A stretch of 63,463 nt of DNA, the filler included, from Chiloscyllium plagiosum (lineage: Eukaryota): NCBI RefSeq assembly GCF_004010195.1. It is 5 parts of one record of this genome, joined end to end, with 100 filler letters (N's around TTAATTAATTAA, not from the genome) between each part and the next. Parts side by side here need not be neighbours in the genome. Positions count along the whole stretch, not along the records: positions 44,384 to 56,929 come from NC_057712.1; positions 57,030 to 63,463 come from NC_057712.1; 3 more parts are not named here. The stretch is one strand, 5' to 3'. Shown here in pieces: positions 49,154 through 60,489 of this stretch (position 1 is its first letter; each line of letters starts with the position of its first letter). The position numbers and the translations under genes were made by a program. The notes under the pieces were generated by a model. That model saw nothing but the letters and a program-made list of their open reading frames with translations, was not told where the DNA came from and did not search any database.

Positions 49154-49942
49154 TTGGGCACTTACCCAGTTTGGCAAGTTTAGCAGGGGTTCAGTCAGAA
49201 TTGGTGCTGTTGAGCCAGAAAGATTTTTTTTTATTTGGAGGAGAATAGAATACTCTGTAAGAAAATAGAGCACAAATATGTACCTGCACAATGCAGATTT
49301 TCACAGGAATAAAATAACAAATAGATTAGCTCATCAATATTCATTGCAAGTTAAAAAAATGTGTTATAATGGTAAAATGAAGTTCACTGCACCTAGAGCT
49401 ATATTCTTACAAATATTGTTAGTGAGTCACTGTTCTGATAATATTGAAAGCATTTTATTTAGTGTGCTATTTCAGTAACCAGCTTCCACATTTTTTATTC
49501 ACCCATAGGATGTAGGTTTCACTGGCTGGTCAGTGTTTATTGTCCATCCCTAGTTGCCCTTGGGAAGGTGGTGGTGAGCACTGCCGTCCACATGCTATAC
49601 ATTGTCTTTCAATATTCTCAGGGAGGGAATTCAAGATTTTGACCCAGTAACAGTGAAGGAGTGGTAATACATTTCCAAGCCAAGATAGTATCTCTCATGA
49701 TTTGCTCTTGGTCTTTATTTGTCTTCTCATTCTATTCCATTTCTGTTTTCCTTAACTCACATTATTCTAAACTGCTGGCTCTTTCACTACTTAGTTTTTG
49801 TTTATGATACTTTTCAATGCTAGTCACTGGTATGTCTTCAAATGTTGGTCTCAACTTCCTAATGGTACAGCAAGTGGATCGGAGAGGTGCTATTTGTTTC
49901 CTATTGGTTGGCAAATATTGAATGCCAATGTCTATGAACAAG

Positions 49943-50186
49943 AACAGAATAGAATAGAATACGTTACAGTGTGGAAACAGGCCCTTCGGCCCAACAAGTC
50001 CACACCGACCCGCCGAAGCGCAACCCACCCATACCCCTACATTTACCCCTTTACCTAACACTACGGGCAATTTAGCATGGCCAATTCACCTGACCTGCAC
50101 ATCTTTGGACTGTGGGAGGAAACCGGAGCACCCGGAGGAAACCCACGCAGACACGGGGAGAATGTGCAAACTCCACACAGTCAGTC
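49943..50186 (-). mobile_element. Young HE1/V-SINE-type SINE, 5'-truncated
   Basis: agaat tail repeats and a clean core sequence. Confidence 0.87.
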
Positions 50187-52767
50187 GGAGATGCACGTAA
50201 CTGGGTCCAGTGGATTGGACCCAGAGATGATGCTTGGCACTGAACTACTTGAAGGATCGTTAGAGCCAACGGAGGACTAAAATAGCCAGATATTTTCTCT
50301 GACAAGTATGTCAAGAATTCTCAACTTCTAATTTTCTTGTGGCAGGCAGTAAGATAGGAAGCTGCATATTCATGAGGTGAGATACACAGTTAATGATGTC
50401 ACGAACAAATAATAATCTTTACTAATCAGCAACTTCTTACTACTGAGCAAGAATTTCAAACTCGACTCCCAGAACTTACTTAAAGGGTGCAGCAAGTTGT
50501 TCCCGATGTTGAGATGGCCCTCACTGAATTTCTCTTGCAATTCTGCCACATTTCTTACCACATCGTTCAGGCATGTGTAAGATTCTGCCCATAGGCTTAA
50601 GTCCTGCCAATGTTGGGTTGGAGAAAAGTTATTCCCATCCAATTGTGCATGCCAGACAGTTTAGAGTAAGTGGAGGTATTTGGTGAGGTGTTGAAGTAGG
50701 GTTTAATTTTGCCAGTATATGTCTAGAATTGAAACGTTTTAGAATGATGGGCAGCATGTTGGTGAGAAATTGAAGGGGCTAAAAATTAATATTGTGATAA
50801 AGCTGCCTGAGAGGAGAGAAGTCATTGATGGCAATTCTCTGGCTATGGGAGTAAACTTGAGTTGCAAATGGCAATATAGAAATATTAAGATAATGAAAAG
50901 ATACAAATTGACTTATTGAAAGATGCATTGCTTTTGATTGCTTCTTTGCAAATCTTTGAGGCTAACTCATAATTCATGACTCTTTTAATGACCGAAGGAA
51001 TTGCGTTACAGTCAAAAGAGACAGAAGTGAAAGTACAATTCTATAACATAGCCGTTAATTAATCAATAAGAAAGAATGTATATATTTTACAATCACTGGA
51101 GACTCAAAACATGTGGCAGTTAATTCAATACTTGATTCATTTTATTATGTGGGAAAATGGCAGTCAATTTCTGCACTCAAAGCTATCACAAACAGCAAAA
51201 AGATAATGACCAGATTTTTCTTTGAGATGTTATTTAAGGGATTGGTAAGTCAAGGCATTAGTAAAGCTGTCCTGTTCTTCTTTGAACAGTGCCATGGGAC
51301 CTTTTATATCTGTCTGAGAATGCTGTTGGACCACTACTTAACTTAAACTGAAAAAAAAAGCTCTTCCAAATTGATGCCATTCTTTCAGCCAAGATTGTGT
51401 ACTCAAGTCCCAAGAGTTGCACCTGAATGTACAATCTTCTGACTTAAAAGCGAACCGAGCAAAGGCTGATATCACCTGCTCCTTTTTCAAGAGAAGTGAC
51501 AGAAGCTCTGGAATAGTTAACCTTTGGAGAATAATTAACTGGAATATTCAGGTGAACTGTGGCCTAATCCCATTAAAAATGAACTGAAATTATATTGTAC
51601 TGAAATACTATTCTAAATTAACATGTGAATGTTGAATTGTAATTCAATGTTTTACCTTATTTATCTGTTAATAGGTAAAAACATCCCTTTACTGACTCAA
51701 TTGACACAAAAATTTCAGGTTGAAAAACTGATTTTGTTACAATTGTGTTGGAGCATTTATATTTTGACCATTGTTGCATATCTCAATCGAGAGAGTTTAG
51801 GGCACACTGTTCACTTCTGGCTCTACTTCTCTCTCCCACTTGTATGAGGTCATCCATGGTCCAGACAGGAATTGTTGTAGCTTTGGACAGCCATCAGCAG
51901 CCATCATTGTGTTGAGCAGAATCTATAATAATTTCCTCTATCTGCCTTGTCTCAATTCCATCAGCCACTGATTTGTCAACTGATGTCCTTGTTCTGTCAA
52001 CATTGTAGTTTCTGTGAGCCCTGCAGTCTGCTTAAGCCCATTATCTTCCTCAAGCAGAACAGTTTAAAACTGCAAATCTTTCACTATCTTGAATTTTTCA
52101 TGTTCCCAGCTCACCATCATAACAGGAGTGCTACAATGAGACATTGATAAAAGCTTAACTTCATTTTCACCAATATGGTTTTTGATTTCCAGTTGACACA
52201 ATTCAAATTCTCCTCTTAATAGGCTTCAAACGTCATCCACTAGGCGCTCTGAGTCTGTCTAAGTTGACATACAAATCTAATTATTTAAACCGGTAATCCA
52301 TCATAATCTTGACTTTGCCTTCTCTATTCTCAGTGATGGACATTATCTCTGTCTCTCTTGACATTGATGCGAGTCTAAATTTTTGCCTGCAGTTTCTATT
52401 GCTGTAGTGATTATCTGCAGATTACTATCATTATTTGCAATCAATGCTAAATTTTCGTCAAATTAAAGACTGGTTGTCACTTTGCTTTATGACAGTTCCA
52501 GCAAAATGGATATCGCTCCTTAACAGCTCAATGTAGGGGGGTAGTGGCATTTTCACTAGACTATTAATCCAGAAACTCAACTCGGGTTCAAATCCTGCCA
52601 TGGCAGATGGTGGAATTTAAATTCAATAAAGAACCTGGAATTTAAAATTGATTGGCGGCCATGAAAATTGTCAGGAAAGAAAATCCATCTGATTCTCTAA
52701 AGTCCTTTTAGGCAGGAAAGTTCCATCCTTGATCTGACACGTGTTATTCCGGCTACACAGCAAGGTG

Positions 52768-54090
52768 GTCCCCTGGGCCGGATGGGATTTATCCTAGGAT
52801 CCTTTGAGAAGTCAGGGAGGAGATTGCCGAGCCTTTGGCATTGATCTTTAAATTTTCATTGTCTACAGGAATAGTGCCAGAAGACTGGAGGATAGCAAAT
52901 GTGGTTCCCCTGTTCAAGAAGGGGAGTAGAGACAACCCTGGTAATTATAGACCAGTGAGCCTTACTTCAGTTGTTGGTAAAGTGTTGGAAAAGGTTATAA
53001 GAGATAGGATTTATAATCATCTAGAAAAGAATAATTCGATTAGGGATAGTCAGCACAGTTTCGTGAAGGGTAAGTCATGCCTCACAAACCTTATTGAGAT
53101 CTTTGAGAAGGTGACCAAACAGGCAGATGAGGGTAAACCGGTTGATGTGGTGTATATGGATTTCAGCAAGGTTTTCGATAAGGTTCCCCACAGTAGGCTA
53201 TTGTACAAAATGCGGAGGAATGGGATTGTGGGAGATATAGCAGTTTGGATATAGTAATTGGCTTGCTGAAAGAAGACAGAGGGTGGTGGTTGATGGGAAA
53301 TGTTCATCCTGGAGTCCAGTTACCAGTGGTGTATCGCAAGGGTCAGTGTTGGGTCCACTGCTGTTCGTCATTTTTATAAAAGACCTGGATGAGGGCGTAG
53401 AAGGGTGGGTTAGTAAATTTGCAGACGACACTAAGGTCGGTGGAGTTGTGGATAGAGACGAAGGATATTGTAGGTTACAGAGAGATATAGATAAGCTGCA
53501 GAGCTGGGCTGAAAGGTGGCAAATGGAGTTTAATGAGGAAAAGTGTGAGGTGATTCACATTGGTTGGAGTAACCAGAACGCAAAGTACTGGGCTAATGGT
53601 AAGATTCTTGGTAGTGTCGATGAGCAGGGACATCTCGGTGTCCAGGTACATAGATCCTTGAAAGTTGCCACCCAGGTTGACAGGGTGTTAAGAAGGCATA
53701 CAGTGTTTTAGCTTTTATTAATAGAGGGATTGAGTTCCGGAACCATAAGGTTATAAGATAATCAGAGGGTTAGATAGGGTGGACAGGGAGACTCTTTTTC
53801 CAAGTATGGTGACGGTGAGCACGAGGGGGCATAGCTTTAAATTGACGGGTGATAGATATAGGACAGATGTCAGAGGTAGTTTCTTTACCCAGAGAGTAGT
53901 AAGGGTACGGAATTCTTTGCCTGCAACAGTAGTAGATTCACCAACTTTAAATACATCTAAGTCGTCATTGGACAAGCATATGGATGTATATGAAACAGTG
54001 TCGGTTAGATGGGCTTCAGATTGGTGTGACTGGTCGGTGTAACATCGAGGGCCAAAGGGCCTGTACTGCGCTGTAATGTACTATGTTCTA
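52768..54090 (+). mobile_element. CR1 LINE RT region and 3' end with an internal deletion
   Basis: ORFs 52835..53254 (PEDWRIANVVPLFKKG...YRPVSLTS...DFSKVFDKVPH), 53283..53711 (GVSQGSVLGP...FADD) and 53779..54042. Confidence 0.93.
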
Positions 54091-54318
54091 TGGCCAATTC
54101 TTAAATGACTCTGAGTGATTAGGGATGGACATTAAATATTGCCCTACTCAGCAATGCTTGCATCTTGTGAAAAAAAAAGCATTTAAAAAGCAATATTTTT
54201 ATCTTTCTGCTTGTTTTAAAATAACAGACCAGATTTTTTAAGGGGTGGAAATCTCATGTCGATTGACATTCTGTCTCTATATTCGGAAAGGAAACTTCAA
54301 TCAGGTCTCCTTCAGAAA

Positions 54319-54900
54319 TGTGAGCCGTACTTCCATTCTAACGTTCTTTCATTGTTCGTGGATACTAGAGGGAATGGCAAACTGCAGTGATTTAAATGAG
54401 GGCGAGGTGAAGCTGGCTGAGTAGGAGATCCCTGATTGGTATTGTTAACCTGGGCCAACCAGGGAGCCCTGGCTGACAGATATACACAGGAGATTAGCAT
54501 TGCCCTTTGATGTGAAGGGCACTGCTTGTCACTGGCCCTTGGGTGTTTCTTTTCTTCCTGGTGGTGGAAATTGAATAAAGATTTGTGCACCCTGTGTCTC
54601 TTACTATGTCTCACACTTGCACACACACAACATGGGTGCTGGGGAAAAAGTAAGCACTACTGCAGTTTGGCGGTAGTGTGGGAGTAATTAGGTAATTAGG
54701 CGTGTCATAGGTTCTGCTAGAAAAAAAAACCTGGATGTGAGACACCCTGACAGCAGGCTCTGAAAAAAAACAGGAGATTCAGAGAGTCTCCTCACTGGAG
54801 GGACTGGCTCCGAGCTGGCTGGTCAGAGCCCATGTACTGTGCACATATAAATAAAGGGTGACTTGGTGATGGGATAGCGACCTCTGTGTAATTATTTTAT
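54319..54900 (+). mobile_element. Possible LTR remnants (two LTR-like segments)
   Basis: AATAAA followed by ...caaca then TGG (PBS-like position) at ~54632, and a second TG-starting segment with AATAAA at ~54850. Family not verifiable from the sequence alone. Confidence 0.4.
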
Positions 54901-56569
54901 AAACCACAGCACCTTTCACAGCAGTCAGCTGCAAGTGAAGATATCAGGAGGGTTAAGGTCAAGTGCCAGGTGAGTAGGGTGCCAGATATGTACAAAGCCA
55001 GCTGTATAAGATGCCAGGCAGCTAGGTAATTAGGGTGCTAGCAGGGTGCATTGTCAAGGCAGTAGGGTGGCAGGTGGGTACGTTACAAGAGGGGCTTCAT
55101 AAATGATGTAGCATTTAATGTCAGTTAGGGTGGTTGGGAGAAATCAGGTCTCAGGGAAAGGGACTCAGGGTGGGGAAGAGGAGCTGGGTCCAGAACAAGA
55201 TAAAGGGGCTTGGATCATGGGAGTGGGATCAAACGGAGCCAGAGGTGGAGTGTACGATAGAGGTTTAGATCCTGAACGTTAAGGTGGGGGTTAGATGCTG
55301 GTGTGTGAAGTGGAAAGGGTATAAGATGAGTGTTGTTGTGTCCCAGGTGTATTGTCACAGGAGGGTGGTAGGGTGTTCAGGTCTGGAACGGGTGAAAAGG
55401 ATTTGGGTGCTGGGGGATAAGGGGAGTTAGGTCGGCGAGGACGAAAACAGCCAGGTCCTGGGAGGGGGGTCAGGTCCAGAGTAGAGTAAGGGTGGATTGG
55501 TTGCCAGATAGTGAAGGGAATAGAGTCCTCGAAGATGTTGAGCTTGACTAGGTTAAAGGTGTTTAGTTCAGAGCGGGGGAGTTGGGGTGAAGTTGGTCAG
55601 TGACCGGTTTGTGAATGGGGATTGAGTGCAGAGTGGTGACATGGTTAAATGAAGGGGAGTCTGATTCGAAGCAGGTGAAAGAGGAGATCTTTTGAATCTT
55701 GTGGAAGGGAAGGGTGCAGGGTCTGGAGCAGGTATGAGGTAGTGGATCCCAGAGGTGAAAAGGAGTTGGGTTCCATGCTGTAGACTCAGGGTCTGGGAGT
55801 TTAAATGCTGTGGTGGAGGAGCAGTTTGGGTTGTGTGCATTAAGTTGAATTGTTAAATCGGAGTTGAAAGTTAATCAAGAGTTTAATTATCTTTCCCTTC
55901 TGAAGTAAGTTTCTTGTTCGTTTAGTTGGAAACCTTTGAATTCTCTGATTTAAATTGCGACTTCAGGATGGTTTCAGTTGACCAATGGAGACTTGAATTT
56001 CCTGGGTCATTCCTCTGGAGTCTGCTATGATGGGGATTCTGTGGGGTCCCCATGTACAACCCCAAATCCACACACAAACAATAACTATCTTGCCAGAGGA
56101 AAGTCCAGGCCAGCCTGAGGAACGTCTACATAGAATGTTGTGCTTAAAGTAGACAGATCATTTTGAGAAATCAGCAAAGAAGGATCAAGCATCAGGCCAA
56201 AAAGTGTTAACATGACATGGAATACAAAACAAAGACTTAAAATCCAGCCATTACTACAAGACATAATACAACCCTGATGAATTAATGTGTAAAAAGTGTT
56301 GTAAAAAGGAAAAAGTAAAAATGATCAGGTGATAAATGCAATCCAACAGTCATAGAAATGACCAAATTATGTATAAATAATAAGTGGTAAGAAACACTTG
56401 TTTCATACAAGTACACATGATAATGACTATCTCCAATAAGAGAGAAGTTAACTAACGTACATTGACCTTCAATGGTTTTTCCATTGCTGGTAAAAGAGAA
56501 ACATATTTCTTAAATTTATTGCCCCCATTTGTCTGGATGAGTGTATTCCCGATGTGTTCAACACCTCTA

Positions 56570-56929
56570 AAACATAGAACATAGAACATAGAACATAGAA
56601 CAGTACAGCACAGAACAGGCCCTTCAGCCCACCCTGCCTCCACAACTGCTACTGGCAACGCATTCCATGATCTCACAACTCTCTGTGTAAAGAAACCGTC
56701 TCTGACATCCCCTCTATACTTTCCTCCAACCAGCTTAAAACTATGACCTCTCGTGTTAGTCATTTCTGCTCAGGGAAATAGTCTCTGGCTATCAACTCTA
56801 TCTATGCCTCTCATTACCTTGTATACCTCAATTAGGTCCCCTCTTCTCCTCCTTTTCTCCAATGAAAAAAGTCCGAGCTCAGTCAACCTCTCCTCATAAG
56901 ATAAGCCCTCCAGTCCAGGCAGCATCCTG
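56570..56929 (-). mobile_element. Young CR1 LINE 3' end with (ACATAGA)n tail
   Basis: ORF 56452..56763 has TRGHSFKLVGGKYRGDVR..FFTQRVVRSWNALP; tandem tail repeats. Confidence 0.88.
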
Positions 56930-57744
56930 NNNNNNNNNNNNNNNNNNNNNNNNNNNNNNNNNNNNNNNNNNNNTTAATTAATTAANNNNNNNNNNNNNNN
57001 NNNNNNNNNNNNNNNNNNNNNNNNNNNNNAAGGAACTATGTACCGGCATTCCAAGGTCTGTTTGCTCGGTAACACTCCCCATAACCCTCCCATTAAATCG
57101 CCCTTGAGGAAGTGGTGGTGAGCTGCCTCCTTGAACCGCTGCAGTCTACCCACTTTGGGTTGACCCACCATTCCATCAAGGAGGAATTTCAGGAAGTTGG
57201 CCCTGCAACAGTGAAGGAACGGCAATATATTTCCAAGTTAGGATGGTGAGTGCTTGGAGTGCAAGCTGAAGGTGGTGATGTTCTTATTTACCCACTACTC
57301 TTATCCTTCAAGATGGAAATTGTCATGAGCTTTGATTGGTGGAGCAGTCTGAAAGGGCTGAGTGGCCAATTTCTACTCCACTTCATACATTTACATGTAT
57401 TCTCACCAATCCTTTGGAAATTAAGATCATAAAACTATAAGATATAGGAGCAGAATTAGGTCATTCAGTCTATGTATGGAGTCTTCTCCGCCATTTGATC
57501 GTCGCTGATATGAAATTAAGTTTCTTTTGAATTTCCTATTAGATTTCTTGATAACTATCATAGATCGATGGCCTCAAGTTTCTTTCCTACAAGAGGGAAC
57601 ATTCCCTCTGCATCTATGCTACTAAAACCAAACTTAAATGTCTCAATCAATCAAGTCAAGCTCACTGGTTCTTGTTTCAAGAGAAAAGAGTCCGTGAATT
57701 CTTCCCAATATGTTGTTACAATCCCTTCTGAGTGTGTCAAATTA

Positions 57745-58466
57745 TGTTATGACCTGCTTAGTTTCCAGAAAGGTTTATTTTTGAAGTTAATACTGTGTAG
57801 AAAGAATAAAGCTGCAAACATTTGACTGTGGTGGCACTATTGCTTTTGTCCTCATTATTTTTTATTTGAAGTTTTGAGCCAGCGGTAGTGAGTTGCCTTT
57901 TGCAAGCCAATAAAATAAACAGCTTATGAGGCCCTGTTTTTTTTTTAAAGTTAGAGCAATAAAAGCAGCATAAATGGGTGGAGTCAGGCTCCCACAGAAC
58001 CAGGATTTTAGTTTCACTTTCAGTTGTTAGGGTTCTGAAGGTGACTGTGGAAGCTACTGTACATCTCTGTCTGCCAAAGCAAACAGCTAGAGTTCTCTGT
58101 CTCTCTCTGCCAGAATTTTCTCTTTGGTGCTCTTTCCCTGGACTGGAGAAACCCTGCATGTGAGACAATTTAATTTGCCTTTGCCAAGAGTGTGTTTATG
58201 GGAATTACTATTTTGGAACAGTTAAATAATCCATTATTCTGTTAAGTTTCCCAATAGAATTAAAGTTATACCAGCTATTCTTTCTTTTATTTGTATTTAA
58301 ACTGGATGTAAGAATAAAGTGTGCTTTGCTTAAAGCTATGGAGCATGACCAAAATCAACTTACATCTGGAACACAGCACTTTACATTTGCCATTAAATAA
58401 GATAAAAGTTAGTGTCTAGGCTATTGCCTTGATATGTTTGAAGGAGGTTTGGTCTGGTCCATAACA
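57745..58466 (+). mobile_element. Solo LTR-like element (related subfamily)
   Basis: tgttatgacc...ggtctggtccataaca termini form a short inverted repeat; AATAAA present; 3' end resembles 11481-12124. Confidence 0.65.
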
Positions 58467-58589
58467 TGACACATTACAATACTTTATTATCCATATTATG
58501 TGTTGCTTTACCTACTGTAATACAATCTATAATACAGTTACAACTTATTTCTAACACCCAGAATTAATATAAGGTAAACATCAGTAATA

Positions 58590-59030
58590 TCAGGTTGTAA
58601 GTTTGATTGCTGAGCCAGTAGGTTTGTTCTCAGACATTTTGTCATCATGCTAGGTAACATCATCAGTGAGCCTCCATTGAAGTGCTGGTGTCCCGCTTTC
58701 TATTTGTCTGTCTTGGTCTGTTGTGGCGGGTGATAGTACTTCTGGTTCTTTTTCTGAGAGGTTGGTAAATGGGGTCCAAATTGATGTATTTGTTAATGGA
58801 GTTCCAGTTTGAATCCCAGGCCTCCCAGAATTCCCATGCATGTCTTTGTTTAGCCTGTCCCAGGATGGATGTATTGTCCCAGTCAGACTGGTGTCCCTCC
58901 TCGTCTGTGCATAAGGATACTAGTGATAGTTGGTCATGTCTTTTGGTGGCTAGTTGGTGCTCATGTATCCTGGTGGCTAGTTTCCTGCCCATCTTTCCCA
59001 TGTAATGTTTGTTGCGGTCCTTGAGGGTAA
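58590..59030 (-). mobile_element. Penelope-like element (Poseidon-like) 3' part with a GIY-YIG remnant and a decayed hammerhead
   Basis: ORF 58663..59115 has HYMGKMGRKLATRIHEHQLATKRHD...SINKYINLDPIYQPL. The reverse complement of ~58627-58670 is CTCA-CTGATGA-TGTTAC...TGAC-AAAA-TG-TC-TGAG. Confidence 0.85.
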
Positions 59031-59943
59031 TTTGTATATTATGTCCGTTCTGCTGGTCATTGGTACGGGGTCCTTTAAATTCATCAGGAGCTGTTTCAGT
59101 GTGGCGAAATCGCAAATGGGTAATATACTTAGCATTAAGACAGGTTCCATGGATTTCTCAGCAATACCACACAGATGTCAATGACACACACGCTTATGAA
59201 CTTTGCAAGGGTTAGCAATTCTTTACTGTTGCTGATTCAGCCTTGAAAGTTCTTCTGAAGAGCTGTCAGATTAGTGATTGCTCTTGTTCCAGTCTATCAT
59301 GCTCCTGACCTAGGTCCACACTTCTCATTACACCAAAACTAGACTCTAGTATTCAAGCACAATGCCAGATATTCACCAGCAGTTAGCTTCAACACACAGA
59401 AACTTTACTGTGTTTACCCTGAGCTTTTATCTTGCTCAGCTGCATCAAGTAAATACTACTTGTGGCTTTTCAGTCCCCACTCTCAGCTGTGGAGATCTAT
59501 TGGCAACACCTAGCTTTTTGTGAAGCAATCACCTTCCAGAACGTTTCTTAATCTGTGGTGGCCTAATAACTCCCAGGATTTTATCTGCATTCGAACAGCA
59601 TAGAATTATCCAACTTATTTCACTTTATTTGACTCCCCAATGACAAAGACCCAATGTGGTTCAGTTGCCTTTTCAGGGAACCTTCAACAACTCATTTCTT
59701 CATCGAGATTGCTTCCCTTTTTCCACTTCCTTCCCTGGACCCCAGCTATGCAGAACAATTTACCTGTTCTAGAATATCCCAAGTACTCCAACTACACAGA
59801 ACTCTTGTCATTCAGTTGCCTTCCCTGCAACACAGTTAAAAATCAGCATTCCTAATGTAGAGTTTGCCCCTACCTCCTTCACATACTTCCTGACCATCTG
59901 CCTGTCTCCTATGGACTCTGATTCAGTAACCCTTGCATTAAGC

Positions 59944-60283
59944 TGGCACAGAGGCTCAGTGATTAGAATTGCTGCCTCACAGCTTCAGGAATCTGGCTTC
60001 GATTTCTGCCTCGGGTTACTGTACAAACACCACACATACATTCTCCGTGTGTCTGCATGCGTTTTCTCTGGGAGCTCCAGTATTCCCCCCACAATCCAAA
60101 GATGTGCAGGTTAGATGAATTAGTCATGCGAAAATTGCCCATAGTGGTTCAGGGATGCATTGGTTAGGTGCATTAGTCAGGAGTAATGTAGAATAATAGG
60201 GTCTGGGTAGGTTATTCTTCGGGGGGCCGGTGTACACTTGGTAGGCCTAATGGCCTGTCTCCACACTAAAGGGATTCTATGAA
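59944..60283 (+). mobile_element. HE1/V-SINE-type tRNA SINE, diverged
   Basis: tggcacagaggctcagtgattag head, cacaatccaaagatgtgcaggtta core, CR1-like tail. Confidence 0.8.
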
Positions 60284-60489
60284 GTCCCACCCTTATCATT
60301 GGATGGAATTGAGTATAACCATCCAACTCTGCTTGGAACTAAATAAGCCCCGAATGTTACATTTCATTGAGATGGTAACTTGCTGAGCACAAAACAAATA
60401 GCTATGATGACAGGATTTAAGTACAACGTATATCTAAATATTTCTGGTATCATCCTCTCTAATGCAATCATTACCCATGTTATCTCCAG

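Noticed and set aside
55000..55850. G-rich strand-biased tract as a functional G-quadruplex cluster
   Set aside because: G-runs are irregular and widely spaced; it looks like decayed low-complexity or repeat sequence.
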